A DNA stretch of 64,000 nucleotides, taken from NCBI GenBank assembly GCA_964016885.1, contig OZ024743.1, positions 170,438,001 through 170,502,000 of the forward strand, given 5' to 3'. Positions 36,816 to 50,379 of this stretch are shown here, piece after piece. The notes beneath the pieces were generated by a model, which ran no database searches, had not been told where the DNA came from, and saw only the letters and a program-made list of their open reading frames with translations. The DNA is from Eledone cirrhosa. Lineage: Eukaryota. Both the position numbers and the translations under genes were made by a program. How positions within the stretch are numbered: position 1 is the first letter of the stretch; each line of letters opens with the position of its first letter.

Positions 36816-38200
36816 TCTACTATATATATTGAGAGTGTATGTGTCTATGTATATATGTATGCACCCAAATGTGTCTATGTATATATGTATGCACCTAAAC
36901 AGTTCAGCCTAGAGAAAAACAGATTTGATTTTTGAGATCTGCATCCCAAAAAGAATCTTTTTTGTAATTAAAAATTAAAAGAGAAATTTGCTAAAAGAAA
37001 TAACTCAACTTCAAGATCTCCAAAATTGAATGTCTTTAGAAACTGCCATCATTTCTGTCAATGAAAATATCCATTAATGCATGGAGTGAAAAGATGACAG
37101 ATAACCAATCAGATTAGTGAATGGTTTTTTTCATCATCCATCGAAACACTCTTTTCTTTTGTCCGTCCTTCAATTTCATATTGTTAATGTGTGTATGACT
37201 TTTTGTTACAATCTGGCTTAGTGGTTAGGATATTCAGTTCATGATCGTAAGGTTGTGAGTTGATTCCCAGTGGAGTGTTGTTTTCATTGGCTGTCGAAAC
37301 GCTATTGTTTTCTGTCCCTCTTTAGATTTCATATTGTTAATGTGTGTATGACTTTTTGTCACAGCATGATTATGATTTAGTTCTCAGGGTATTCAGCTCA
37401 TGCTCAAAGGTTGTGCGTTTGATTCCTGGCAGTATGTTGTATCTTTGTGCAAGACTCTTTATTTCACATTGCTCCAATCTACTTTCCATAGAAACCAGCT
37501 TGGAGATAATTGACAATTTGTCGTGATGGATAGAATCCATACCCAATCTCATAGAAAACGTGTTCCCTAATGTTGAAGATCTTTTCACAAGTCGTAAGTG
37601 GCTCAGTGAAAAGGCTATAATGTGACAGTGAAATTGATAAATCAAGAGCTATTAAAAAATATTCTAGGGGTTTTAAAGCTCTATCGAATTGTCGACACTG
37701 TGGTGGAACAGTTAAAAGCCATCAATTAACCTACAAAGCTCTCAACTGTTTAGAATCATCAGGAATGCCTCCACTTGTTTTTCACCTTAACGAAGGACCA
37801 TCCATCATGTTATTGAGGTTTTTGGACCCACCTAAGCTACTCTTGAATGGTTGTTAAAAAAATTTATCCATACATGATTCAAGCCACCATTTCAACAGGA
37901 TGTAGTAAGGGAGAGGATGTGTTTCTTCCAAGAACTCCTCTCATTCCTAGTGATGTCCCATTTGAATTCAAACGACTTCAAATTTCAGTGAGACTTAGTT
38001 TTGCCCTGATTATCAACAAATTACAAGGACAAATATTTTCGATTGATAGTTTACAACTTGAAGAGACCTGCTTTACTCATGGTCAGCTTTACATTGAATG
38101 TTCAACAGTAAGATGTAAGTAAATTTTTTACATCTATACACCAAATAGAAAACAAATAACATCGTTTATTGAGAAGGGATAAATTGCCCCAAATAATGCA
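36816..38200 (+). mobile_element. Internally deleted Helitron with PIF1-helicase C-terminal remnant (about 37540-38170)
   Basis: 5' a|TCTACTATATATA. SGMPP, IMLLR.LDPPKL, GEDVFLPR.PLIP, FEFKRLQ, INKLQGQ, FTHGQLY. Confidence 0.8.
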
Positions 38201-38589
38201 GAAATCCGTTCTGATCAAGAGGCCTATCACTCTAAGAAAATCTTACTGAATAAAGAAGAAAGAAAAGAATTCCTTTCATGTATAAATCTGGATATTTGCA
38301 TTCCTAATAAATCTGTTTTACCATACTATTTGTTTTTCTAATTTAGCTTTATTTATTCCATGTTCAACTTACCCAACCCACCATATAAACAATGTGAAGT
38401 CAATTTTGGTGAAATCTCCACCCCAATAAGTAACTGAGGCACAGGAGAGACATGGTCTCACATGAAATAAAAAATGGGGAACAGACTCATATATCAAGAA
38501 CTGGTATCTTTATATTTTCATATATTACTTTCTTTTCTTTTTCTTCTTTTCTTATATATATATATATATATATATCATCATCATTATAA

Positions 38590-41500
38590 TCATCATCATT
38601 TTACGTCCGCTTTTCCCTGCTTAAAGGGGTTGGACGGGTCTTATTCTCCACTTGTCACGGTCCTTCGTCATCTCCTTGGAAAGTTTCAGCGATTTGAGGT
38701 CTGCTCTCACCACCTCGGCCCATGTTTTACATGGTCTACCTCTACTGCGTCTTCCTTCTACTGGGATTTCTTGGCACTTCTTTACCCAGCAGTCATCCTC
38801 CATGCACATCCATACCATCTCAGCCTTCTCTCCTGCACACCACAACTTATCCTTCTTTCTCAACTCGTCTATGCTTGGTCGTTCATGCACATTGACATTG
38901 CACATCCAACGGAGCATGTTTGCCAAATTTCTCTTCAATCGTCGCATATCTTCTGCAGCTGCTGCCCATGTCTCACTACCATGCAACATCGCGCACCTCA
39001 CACAGGCATCATATAACCAGCCTTTCGTACGCAGGGAGAAACCCTTCTTCGTCAACAGAGGAAGCAGCTCCCTAAACTTCTTCCAGCCCGTCCTTATTCA
39101 AGAAACTATGCCCCCCCCCCCTTCCTATGCTAATCTGATCACCTAGGTACCAGAAGCTATCAACCACTTCTATAGAACTCACCTGCATTGGAAAAATGTG
39201 TCTATCACTGCGATTACTACTGCCAACTTTCCCTGTACATCTACTGTATGCGTAGTTAGTTTTCCCTACCTGTTAGTCTGCCTGCTATGCCGCTACATCT
39301 CTTGTGTACCCAGGATCTGCATTGCGTACATTTTATGGAATTTATGCCAGTTCCTTTCCTACATATCGAACATGGCTATTTCCCTGATGGAATCAGAGTA
39401 TTGTCCTCTCTTCTACTTATCAACACTTTTGTCTTAGCTATGTTCACTCTCAGGCCTCTTGATTCCAACTGCTGTTTCCATAGCCAGAATTTATTCTCTA
39501 GCTCCTCTACTGATTCTGCTTTAAGAGCCAGATCATCAGCATAGAGAAGTTCCCATGGGCATCCAGTCTTAAACTCCTCTGTTATGGCTTGGAGGACTAT
39601 AATGAACAAGAGCGGGTTGAGGACCGAACCCTGATGTACACCTACTTGTATCTGGAACTCCCCACTAAACTGCATACCTACTCTGACTTTACTAACAGCA
39701 TCCCTGTACATAGCTTGCACTGCCGTCACAAGCCACTCCTCTACACCTAGTTTCCTTAGAGACCACCAGATGACAGATCGGGGTACCCTATCAAAGGCCT
39801 TCTCTAGGTCAACAAAAGCTAAGTATAGTGGCATATTCTTCTCTAAGAACTTCTCTTGAAGTTGCCTCACTTAGAAGAGGGCATCTGTTGTACTTATCCC
39901 AGGCATAAAACCAAACTGCATCTCATCTAATTTGACCCTTTCTCTAATCAGTTGCGCTAATATTCTCTCTTCCACTTTCATAACCTGATCCATCAGCTTT
40001 ATGCCCCTATAATTGCTGCTCTCTAGAGCATCCCCTTTACCTTTGTAGCAATTTATGAGAATACTGCTGCACCAGTCTTTGGGTATGACACCACCATATA
40101 TAACTTGATTGATGATGCCTGCAACCAGTTTAATGCCTACTTCACCTGATGCCATCAGCATCTCAGCAACTATCCCCGACTGTCCAGCAGCCTTATCATT
40201 CTTCATTTCTTTAATTGCCTCTCGTACCCTATATTCGTCAATCTCACTAGCTGGTCCCTCTGTTGGGTCTACTGGGGGTAATTTCTCTCTGTCCCATTCA
40301 TTCTCCACATTCATCAGTCTCTCATAGTGACATTTCCAGGCCTCCTTTTTTTGATCATTCGTGACACTAAGTACACCAGCAGCATTCCGGACACACTTAT
40401 CTCCAACAACATCCTGATTTGCACTGACACACTGCCTTGCAATGCGGAACACCGCACGTCTCTGATCTTCCCGTCGCATAACATTGGCAAACCTCCTACT
40501 CTCAGCCTTCCTGCGTGCTAAGTACACCTCATGTCTAGCTTCTCTCCTAGCGGCTGTGTATCCTTCCCTACTCCCACCATTTTTCTAAGCTTTCCATGCC
40601 ATCTTTTGTCTCTAATGGCCCTATCTACCGTGCTCTTCCAACACCAGGTCACTCTCTGTCTGGCTGAAGCTCTGCCCCAACCACAAGTTTCTTCAGTAGC
40701 CTGCAGTAAATTGTCACGTAAGAAATTCCAGTTATCATCTATGTCATACAACTCTAAATCGTCTTCTTTTTCGTCATACACGTCTTGAAGGGCTTTCCTA
40801 AATTTATATTTTAATGAAAGGTCTTTTAGCTTCCAGACCTTTCTTTTCCACACCTTCCTGTATGTCTCATTCTTTCTCATGCTTACTGAGATGTTACTAA
40901 CGACTAACCTATGCTGTGGGTTACATTCTCCCCCAGGGTATGCCTTAGTATTTGACACCATCTGTCTGTCTCGCTCTCTAACTAGCAGGAAGTCAATCTG
41001 GCTTATGTGCTCACCTGATTTGTAGGTTATTAGGTAGTTGGTAGGCTTCTGGAAGTTAGTGTTGCAAATGGTTAGTGCATTTGCATCACAAAATTCCCTC
41101 ACTCCTTCTTCATTTCTTGAGCCGTAACCGTGCCCACCATGTACCCCAGTGTATCCATCCTGGAGCTGTCCAAGATGTCCATTGAAGTCTCCTGCTAGCA
41201 TAACGATGTCTCATTACCTAGGCCTGCCTGGGGAGCATAGGCAGAGATGATTGTCAGTAGTCTCTTGCCTACAACTAATCTAAGCTTAATTATTCTATCA
41301 CTAACTCTAACTACCCCTATTGTCTTATCGATCCATCTCTCAGCCAGTAAAATGCCCACCCCACCTAACCCATTATCCAGAAAAGCTTATAACTAAGATG
41401 TTTGCCTGCAGAGGCACCTCCATCTCACCTCTTGTACGCAGGACACATCAACATGCCTTCTCTCTAGCATCTCCACTATCTCACCAAATCTATCTGTGAG

Positions 41501-42145
41501 AGTGCCAACATTAAGTGTTGCAGCTCTGAGATGCGACGTCTTCATATTTTTGTTCTTTTTCCTGTAGTGCGATTGCTTGAAGACGGTTGCGGGGTTCTCG
41601 CACATGGACGCACCAGCCACCCCACTGCCGTACGCAGCCCTAACATAGTGTTATCGCTGTTTACGCAGTTGTTGCAATTCTCAATTGTTGTGCTCATACT
41701 TTTAGGCAGTAGTATATATACTGGTTGGATGCCCTTCCTAACACCAACACCACTTTACAGCATGGACTGGGTGCTTTTATTCGTGCCACCAGCACTAGAG
41801 AGGTCGTCTTACTGGACTCAGGGGCCCTATCTATCCCTCCATTTTACAGCATGGATTAGGTGCTTTTATTCATTCCACCAGCACTAGAGCGGTTGCCTTA
41901 CTGGACTCAGGGACCCTAACCACCCCTCCATTTTTACAGCATGGACTGGGTGCTTTTATTCGTTCTACCAGCACTAGGGAAGTTGTCTTACTGAACTTAG
42001 GAGACTTCTCTACCCGCACCAATTTATTCAGAGTGGTAACTCTCCTAGACGGGCTGCCTACCATTTCGGCTTACGAAGCCTCCGTCCACCCCTTGTCTGT
42101 TCTATGATATATTCATGAGGGAGTGGTTAGCATACAGCGTCAGGC
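38590..42145 (-). mobile_element. RTE LINE family 1, near full-length and frameshifted
   Basis: TLNVGTL, VQEVRW, GDFNG, DLEKAFD, QGSVL, YADD, then a Cys/His insert and HGSETW. The upstream region has three tandem repeats of about 120 bp (41750-42000). Confidence 0.93.
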
Positions 42146-42323
42146 ATGTATACCGATTGTGGTGGAGGTGATAACGAAAATGGCTTATACATAAACATTT
42201 ATATGCAAACACTTTCAATGGCGTATACATACAAATTTTATATGCAAACACATTCAACACAGTTTATATCGCATACAAATCTCATACATATATACATATA
42301 CAAATCTCATATATACATATATA

Positions 42324-44862
42324 TAAGTCTGCAATCAGAATATTAAACTTAGCACTACTGGACATTGCTGAGTTTTTGAGTATCAGGTATTTGGAGGCCA
42401 TGGGTTTAGCATAGTGTGAGTGGAGAATTTGGGCTGGCTCGTCTATAGTGTTAATCCAGAGTTCCGTGTCTAATACCAACAAGACCCATATGCGGAGCAA
42501 ATATAGCTAGCAACTACAGGATCTCCTACTTCCTCTCAATGGTTATACGCCCCATAATCAAGATGTCCCCAGATGTATGTGACAGTACAGATGACCTCCT
42601 CAGCAGAATCAGTGAGTGCAACAAAAACAGGAACCTATCCAACTGCATAATAGGCAGCATGGATGTGGTATCACTGTACCCATCCATTAACATTGATTTT
42701 GCTGTGGAAAAATGTGTGGAGATGATCATTGAGAGTGAGGTGGAGTTCTGCGACCTCGACATAGATGAACTGGGCCTCCTACTTAGACTTAACTACGACA
42801 CTGACTACCTAGACGTTTCTGCCCCAGTAGACCCATAAGAGGTAGACCCCACACCATACCCTCAATGGCTAAAAAGACTCCCATGGGAAGGTGGATTGGG
42901 TGAATCAAAGCTATACGGATCCCCAAAACAATGATCAGGTAAGAAAAATGGTCGCACATGCAATAGAGGCTAGTATAAAAACTACCCTAAAGGGCCACAT
43001 ATTCAAGTTCAACGAGAAGATCTACACCCAAAATGAGGGAGCAGCCATTGGCGTCAGCATAGCTGGTGACGTTGCCAACCTTTTTATGGTATGGTGGGAA
43101 AGAAGACTTAAAGATCTCATTAATGAGAGCTCCATAGACCTCATCATGTACTCTCGTTACGTAGACGATATCAATATAGTTATAAGAACATCCCCACAAG
43201 AGAGCACTAACAAGTTTGATTTAGAATGTAGCACAATGGAAAGCATCCAGCAGATAGCTAATTCCATACACCAGAGTATAACTGTAACTATCGACTACCC
43301 TTCCAAACACCCTAACAATAGAATACCTGTATTAGACACGGAACTCTGGATTAACACTATAGACGAGAGAGCCCAAATTCTCCACTCACACTATACTAAA
43401 CCCATGGCCTCCAAATACCTGATACTCAAAAACTCAGCAATGTCCAGTAGTGCTAAGTTTAATATTCTGATCGCAGACTTAGTACGAGTGATGAAGAACC
43501 TGTCCCGCATGTGCAACCCAAACGAAATGGAAAGACACATCCAACACTTCATCAACCGCATGCAGTTCTCTGGCTACAACCAAAGAGACAGAATCAGAGT
43601 ATACGAAGGAGCAACGGAGAAGTATAAGACCCTCATAGAACTGGACATGAAAGGAATTTGCCCATTATACAGGAGCAAATCATGGAATAGCTTAGATATG
43701 GCTAGACATAAGATAGGGAAAGCCACCTCATGGTACAACAACCAGAGATACCAGAGTGTCATGTTTGTGGATGCTACCCCTGGAGGGAAATTAGCTAACC
43801 AGTGTAGAAAGGCCCTGAGAAAACCCACTTAAAGATTGGGGTGGTAGAAAAGCCAGGAACCACCATAAAATCCCTGATCAGCAAAACCTACCCTTTTAAG
43901 AAAACCCACTGTACTAATAGGAAATGTATCATATTTAAGGTAAACCCCCGGATAAACTGTAAAACTAGAAACGTAGTCTATAGCATAAGATGTACAGAGG
44001 GTACTTGCAGAAACATGACAACAACATACATAGGCGAGACAGCTCGTAGCATAGGTGAAAGGATAGACCAACACTGGGGGGAACTAAAAGGACGAAAAAA
44101 CGGTTCAGTACTATACGAACATGCCAGACAACAACACGACGGTAACAAAGACAACATAGAAATTAGAATAATATCTAAACATAGAAATTACCCAGCAGAT
44201 AGGCAAATCAGAGAGGCCAGTGAAATAGAACTTAGAAGGCCAAGGCTAAACAGAAAAAAATGAATGGAATAACAACACCCAAACAAACAACACTGACCTA
44301 AGAGAAGCATAAATAAATAAATAGATAAATAAATAAATAAATACATACACAAGCACAATAACAACAAACATATAAACACACACTAGTAAAGATAGAATAC
44401 ATTAACCAATACACAGTCACCCAATCACGAACACACATCAAACAAAACACTATACACACACGCAAACGCATGCGCAAAGAAGACAAAAAATAAACAAATA
44501 AATAAATATATAAACAGACTAAATAAAGATGGCATAGAAAATACAATGCAACGGGAGGAAACAATAGCACCACTGACGGTGTTGCAGATGTGCAACGAAA
44601 GAACTTTGATAAACTATATATATATGTGTTTGTGTCTATATTGTATCTGTATTTTTGACCGTTGGTCAGTCAATGGCAACATTGAGGACCGAATAAATTA
44701 AATTAACCGATATAAAAGACACAGAAGCAAAAAGCGAAAACCAACCAAACAGTGAGTGTGTTCTGTTATTAATTCTGGCAATATTACACAAATATGACCC
44801 TCCCCAAGTATAACAATATTTGTTTCGACACACGATTTCATATCAAAAATCTCGCAAAACTA
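42324..44862 (+). mobile_element. Penelope-like element, 5'-truncated: RT, C-terminal GIY-YIG endonuclease and terminal repeat with HHR
   Basis: SMDVVSLYPSI, Q..GAAIG...ANLFM, RYVDDI, IPVLD; NCKTRNVVYSIRC...YIGETAR..ER..QH...REA...LNRK. HHR-like CTGACGGt gttgca-gatg-tgcaac GAAA at 44573-44600. Flanked by (TA)n. Confidence 0.93.
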
Positions 44863-45779
44863 TATATATATATGATTTTTTAATATCAATCAAGCCAAAT
44901 TTGCAAACTAAAACATACCAAAAAATCAAAATATGGTCCATGTAGTGGATAGATATATTCTTTTCAGGATGAATGATAAAACGAATGATGCCAGAGTTGT
45001 GATGTTGACAATGTTTGTTTTACAATAACAAAATTCACTTATTGGTACATTGAATATTAAGTAATAAAATTGCGACAGCAATTATCACTACATTATTTTC
45101 TTGCTAGCTACTTCGAGCTAGCGTGTATGCATGTATCAATAAAGCGATACAATAGAAGTGAAATAACAGGAAGCCGAAAGGATAGATAAATTGTTGTAAT
45201 GAAATATATAATTAAACCTACTATATGTGTGTGCGTTTGTTTATCCTTAGTTTATGTTGCCCCTGTAGTTGGTCAATCTGTTGAGCAGGTATGAAATGTG
45301 AGGGTCTGTAAGGCTAGGAGAGAGAAAGAGTAAAAGGTCTGTAGATAGTGAATGGCTACATCGTTAACCTCTCACAGACTGCTGCTTCGGGGTCTCTCTG
45401 GTGGACACTCTAAGTACTTGTATTTATAATAACCCTATAACTGGAAGGATGTGTATATGGGTTGATTTATGAGTAGCCATGTGTGCTTCATTTGTCAGGA
45501 ACCTGGGGGTCACAGGTCAGGTGGTGTGTATGTTTATCATAGTTGTCTCTTGACGGGACAGTGGTGGGAACTCCCAACGGTGGGTGGTTTTAGAGGTGAG
45601 AACCCTCAGATTTGGTTTCGAATCTTCACCAGGTAAAAGGTAGTAGTATTCCGTTACAGTCCAAATATACAGAAAAGTCAAATTGTACCAACTCTGGCAG
45701 CACTGCTTGACAGTTTACAGTTGTAGCCGTAGGTCAATTCTAATCCAGTAGTTTTCGATGGAAACTGCGGAGTGGGGAG

Positions 45780-46185
45780 GCCCAAGAAGACCTGGGTTAA
45801 GGTGATAAAAGCCAACCTTGCCCAATTACACCTCTCAAAGGCGATGACACACGACCGTGACCTCTGGCGTCACGCAATAATACAGAAGACCCGAACCCCC
45901 ACGGGTACAAGCCGAAGCTGAAGCATATAGACAATATGCCCCCACACCCTCCCACTGCAAAGTGGTCGTGGAGGTGCCACGGCAAAAAAGCACCCAACCC
46001 ACACTGTAAATGAGGTTGGTGTTAGGAAGGGCATCCAGCTGTAGAAATCAAGCCAGAATCAGTTCCCGTATGAGCAAGACAAGGTCAGCCGACCGGCTAC
46101 TACCCACAACAGGACAACCCGTCTAACCCATGCTAGAGTGGAAGAACGGACGTAAAATGGTGATGATGATGATGATGATGATGAT
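45780..46185 (+). mobile_element. RTE 3' end (same family as 54.2-55.8 kb)
   Basis: Reverse complement of about 54208-54655. Confidence 0.88.
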
Positions 46186-47019
46186 ATACACACACACACA
46201 TAAAATGATGATGTTGATGATATATATATATATACATATATAACATTCATTTTCTACGCTAGCATGAGTTAGATCAGGTGACTGTTTCTTACTCATATAG
46301 GACTGTTTCTGGCTAGGTTTCTATGAATGGATGCCCTTCCACATTTACTGTGTGTGCTGGGTGCCATGACTCCTACACGACCACTTACAGTGTGAGCTGG
46401 ATATGTTTTTTTCACAGTGTAAGGGTGGTGTGAGCAGGAATGGGTGGGGGTATAGTGGTTAGGAGGTGCCTACTAGGTGTATGTTTGAGTCTCTGATTCA
46501 AATTGATTAGCACATCTTCAAACTTGTCCTCATATCTAGGGGTATCTGGTGGTTGATATGTGACACATTATTTTGAGTTGCTTTATATTTACTATTAGCG
46601 TGTCATGAGTTGGAATGTGGTGATCACCAATGTTGGTTTAACTGACTTTGGCTTTGTATCTGCTGTAGCCAAGTCGGCTATCTTACAATCTTTTCTGCCA
46701 TGTTTAAAAAAGACTGTTGTTACACAGCTGCAGTTTGTACTGCTTCTGTATACTGTCTCCGCTTCATCACCATAATCCTAGACAATGACCCTATGGGCTG
46801 TGTTGTTTGCTCATGTTTGTTTTGGCTGGAGTATTTGGGATGAGCAGGTTGGGCACAGCTAGCATAGAGTCTGGGGTGTGCAAACTGCAGCAGGTCCCTT
46901 TCTTGTAGATCTTACAGAGTACTTGGGCTTTCTTTTTCCCAGGGTCTCTGTTTTTCCTAGTTCTGGTCTTCTTTGCTTTAGCATTTACATATATATATAT
47001 ATATGTGTGTGTGTAGAAG

Positions 47020-47459
47020 TTCTATTTAAATTGTTGGGATACAACAAGCAAATATTTTTATAACTGATATAAAGCACTCAACAAATTATTGGAGTAAAAA
47101 TACGATATATTAACAAATGGAAACTATATTTATAAAACCATATTTATTTCATTATACATATTTCAAGGACACCAAGTTAAATTATGGTGTGCTTTCATCA
47201 GATAAAATATAATATAGATCAGTTTTATAAATAAATAAATATTGACATACCCTTAAAGAATGCGACCGGGAGCTTCCAACAGAAATGGTCGCATTCTTTA
47301 AGGGTATGTCAATATTTATTTATTTATAAAACTGATCTATATTATATTTTATCTGATGAAAGCACACCATAATTTAACTAGGTCTCCTTGAAATATGTAT
47401 AATGAAATAAATATGGTTTTATAAATATAGTTTCCATTTGTTAATATATCGTATTTTTA
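47020..47459. repeat. Family A PLE terminal-repeat hairpin (arms 47095-47267 / 47287-47459) with HHRs at 47145-47209 (-) and 47345-47409 (+)
   Basis: 173-bp near-perfect inverted repeat with a 19-nt spacer, flanked by TA/TG repeats. Confidence 0.92.
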
Positions 47460-47625
47460 TATATATATATGTATATATAAATATATACAAATGTAATCTG
47501 AGTTTTTCGAATATTAATAATAACATTCGATTCATTTGCAATTATGCAAAACAACCCTCATTTTTATAGCCATGTCAGTAGAATGAACTCTTCATTCTTG
47601 GTCATGTGTTGGGATGTAAACAGAA

Positions 47626-47669
47626 CTGCAGACACTAATGTTTCTGGGTATCACCATTCATCAGTACAG
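47626..47669 (-). ncRNA. Type I hammerhead ribozyme with GUC site (element about 47480-47827, hairpin 47687-47827)
   Basis: rc: ctgta CTGATGA a tgg-tgatac-cca GAAA ca-ttag-tg TC tgcag. Confidence 0.8.
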
Positions 47670-48594
47670 CTCACTGTTCACCTGCCAACTGTCAGAGCTA
47701 GTGAAAATATATGCTATTTTTTAAAATATACAGTGACTGATCGGCCTGATTTGCATATTAGCAGACTCGCTGATCAGTCACTGTATATTTTAGAAAATAG
47801 CATATATTTTCACTAGCTCTGACAGTTTAAATATATATGATGGTGATATATGTATGTATGTCCCTTGTTTAATGTGATAAACTGTAACAGCAACCAACAA
47901 CACCAGCCATGGAAGTCAACAGAGGGAGCATTCATTTAATGTACCTTCCACCCATCATCCCACTGTACTATATACCCCCCCCCCCCCCCCCTACACAGCA
48001 CAATCATCTCTTCTGCTGTCCAATACATCACAGTTGTCTATTGAGAGGCAGAAAACTACACCTCCCATAACACTTATGCCACCATCACTCTAGGCTTGCT
48101 TCTCTGAAAATGCACACATGGTTGTTGTTATTGTTGTTGTTGTGGCACATCTTCAAGCCACATGGTGCCTGAAATTATAAACCTTGGAGTAACTTTGATG
48201 GCAGTGTTGGTGCTGTTGAGCTTGTTGTGAATAGTGGTTGTGAAGGTACTTGTAATGGCAATGATTACGGTGGTGGTGGTGATGATGATGGAGATGATGA
48301 AGACAGTGGTGATAGTAGTGAATGTAGTGGTGACAGTGGTGGTGATGATGAAGTTAGTGGTAGTTGTGAATGTAGTGGTGGTGATGAAGACAATGGTGGT
48401 AGTGATGATAGTGAATATAGTGGGGAAGATGGTGATGGTAGTGAAGTTAGAGGATGAAGAGACATTTATAAAGTCCCGGCTCTCTTTAATTATTTTCAGT
48501 CTTATGATTTTTAAAGCTTTCTCCTCAATAAATTTTATCGTTTTCAAAATGTTAACCCTTCTTTTTCTTCTTCTTCGCCCCCTTATTTTTATAG

Positions 48595-50335
48595 GGGTCG
48601 TTGGGGCAGAGCCCTCAAACACCCCTGCCAATGAGTCCTGTCAGAAGCAACCATGTCCAGCTTATCTGGCTGGATCCACAAGTGTGACCAACCAAGCTCA
48701 TGGATGTTAACTCTCAGAGAAGTAGCAGCTCTACCTAGAGTGACTCTCTGATCTGCTAATTACACACTTTATTGAATAACGTTACTTCAAAGACTTTTCA
48801 GACGAATCCCATTTTGACCACTTGTATTCGCGATTGTATTTGTCATTGATTCATGACCATAGGTAAAGGTTGGCACAAATAGAAAGTTTTACGCCTACCT
48901 CCCTTCTTCTGATTACTGATTGCTGAAGTTGGCACATTACTGCAGCTCTTGCACTTAATTCAGCCTCCTGCATTCCATCACTCACAAACACAGCCCCGAG
49001 ATACTTGAACTTCTCTACCTGCTTCAGTGGAACTCCATTTACATGTGTAGTGACATACATTCCGAGGGCGCATGGATACATTCTCCGTACGTTGTTTGGC
49101 TCAGTTCAGCCAATCGCTACCAGCGTAGGAAAATGTATCTCGACTTCCGCCCAGAGGGAAAAATTCCCGCTGCGATTCGAAAATCTCTCTCTTGCAGCTC
49201 AACACCGTGAAGGTAAACAACTCTTGCTTTCGTTCCTCAAGCATAGACAATATGTAGCAACAAATATTACTATGGGTCTGGCTAACACCTCAGCCAGTTA
49301 ACCGTACCTCCTTAAACTCTTAATTTGTCTATTCACTTCTCTTGGTATGCCAGCTAAACCTTTGTAATCGGTTTGTAAATAAATTATATATTATAAACAT
49401 TATAAAGTCGTAAGATGCTATTTTCCACAACATTGCTTTTAACATCTTCAATGGTGACTTCTGTGATACAATACACAAATACACACATTCTCAACACATA
49501 CATATATATCATCTATTAACTTCCTCCTAAAGATACTATTTCTAAACATGTAGAGTGGACTGCACAGGCTTCCTTGAGAAGACGCGTGTCTCAGCTTTTG
49601 CAGCACTGATTTTCATTCCAGCCTTGCAGCACTCAGCATCAAACCTATCAAGTGCAAGTAAAAGATCATCTTCTGTCGAGTTAACTGACACTATGTCATC
49701 TGCAAATTTCAGCCGACTGATTATTCACCTGATTATACCACTTCTAATCCGGCCGTGCATGTCAATCCTGTTCAATGAACAGGAGAGGTGACAGTACACA
49801 CCCTTGATGGAGTCCGACTCCCACATTGAATGGTTCCGATTTAGCACCATTTATTCGAACACAAATACTTAGGCATTCATATAAAGACATCAGGGCAGCT
49901 AGAAGCTGGCTATCAATTCCATACTCCTGGAAGGAGACCCTTCTGTAATTGGAACAATCTCTCTTGTCTCCCTTTTAGAATGATCCTTGGGATGATCACT
50001 CCTAATTGCCATTGCTTAGGTACCTTTCCAGAGATCCAGGCCATCCGGCACTCACGAGTCAGCCAGAGAATACCTACTCTATTTAAGGTTTTTAATCTCG
50101 GCTTGGATTTTATCTTCCCCAGCAGCTTTGACACATTTGAGCTCTTTAACTGCTCTTGTGACCTCAGTCTCTGAGAGATTAGTCACTGCTTCTAGATGCA
50201 CCTTGTGTACATCAGAAGATGCTGTTGGGATTGGGTTTAGGAGATCAGCAAAATATTCTCTCCAGCCCGTGAAGATGCACCTCTCTGAAGATGCACCTCT
50301 CTTAGACTTAAAGATAGGTCTCTGTGGGTGGTGCA
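48595..50335 (-). mobile_element. RTE LINE family 2, degraded RT
   Basis: KAAGEDKI, VPKQWQ.GVI, VEKFKYLG; homologous to 58870-60590. Confidence 0.85.
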
Positions 50336-50379
50336 AGTTTATGCACCAAACAAATGGTCCGAATACAGGCCTTCCTTGA

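Noticed and set aside
45250-46980. Possible very old PLE and CR1-ORF1 remnants on the minus strand
   Set aside because: Only scattered motif hints (for example CKIYKKGTC), too degraded to support a call.
48128-48710. Thr/Val-rich mucin- or membrane-like ORFs
   Set aside because: Degenerate (GGT/GAT)n low-complexity sequence with no splice or domain support.
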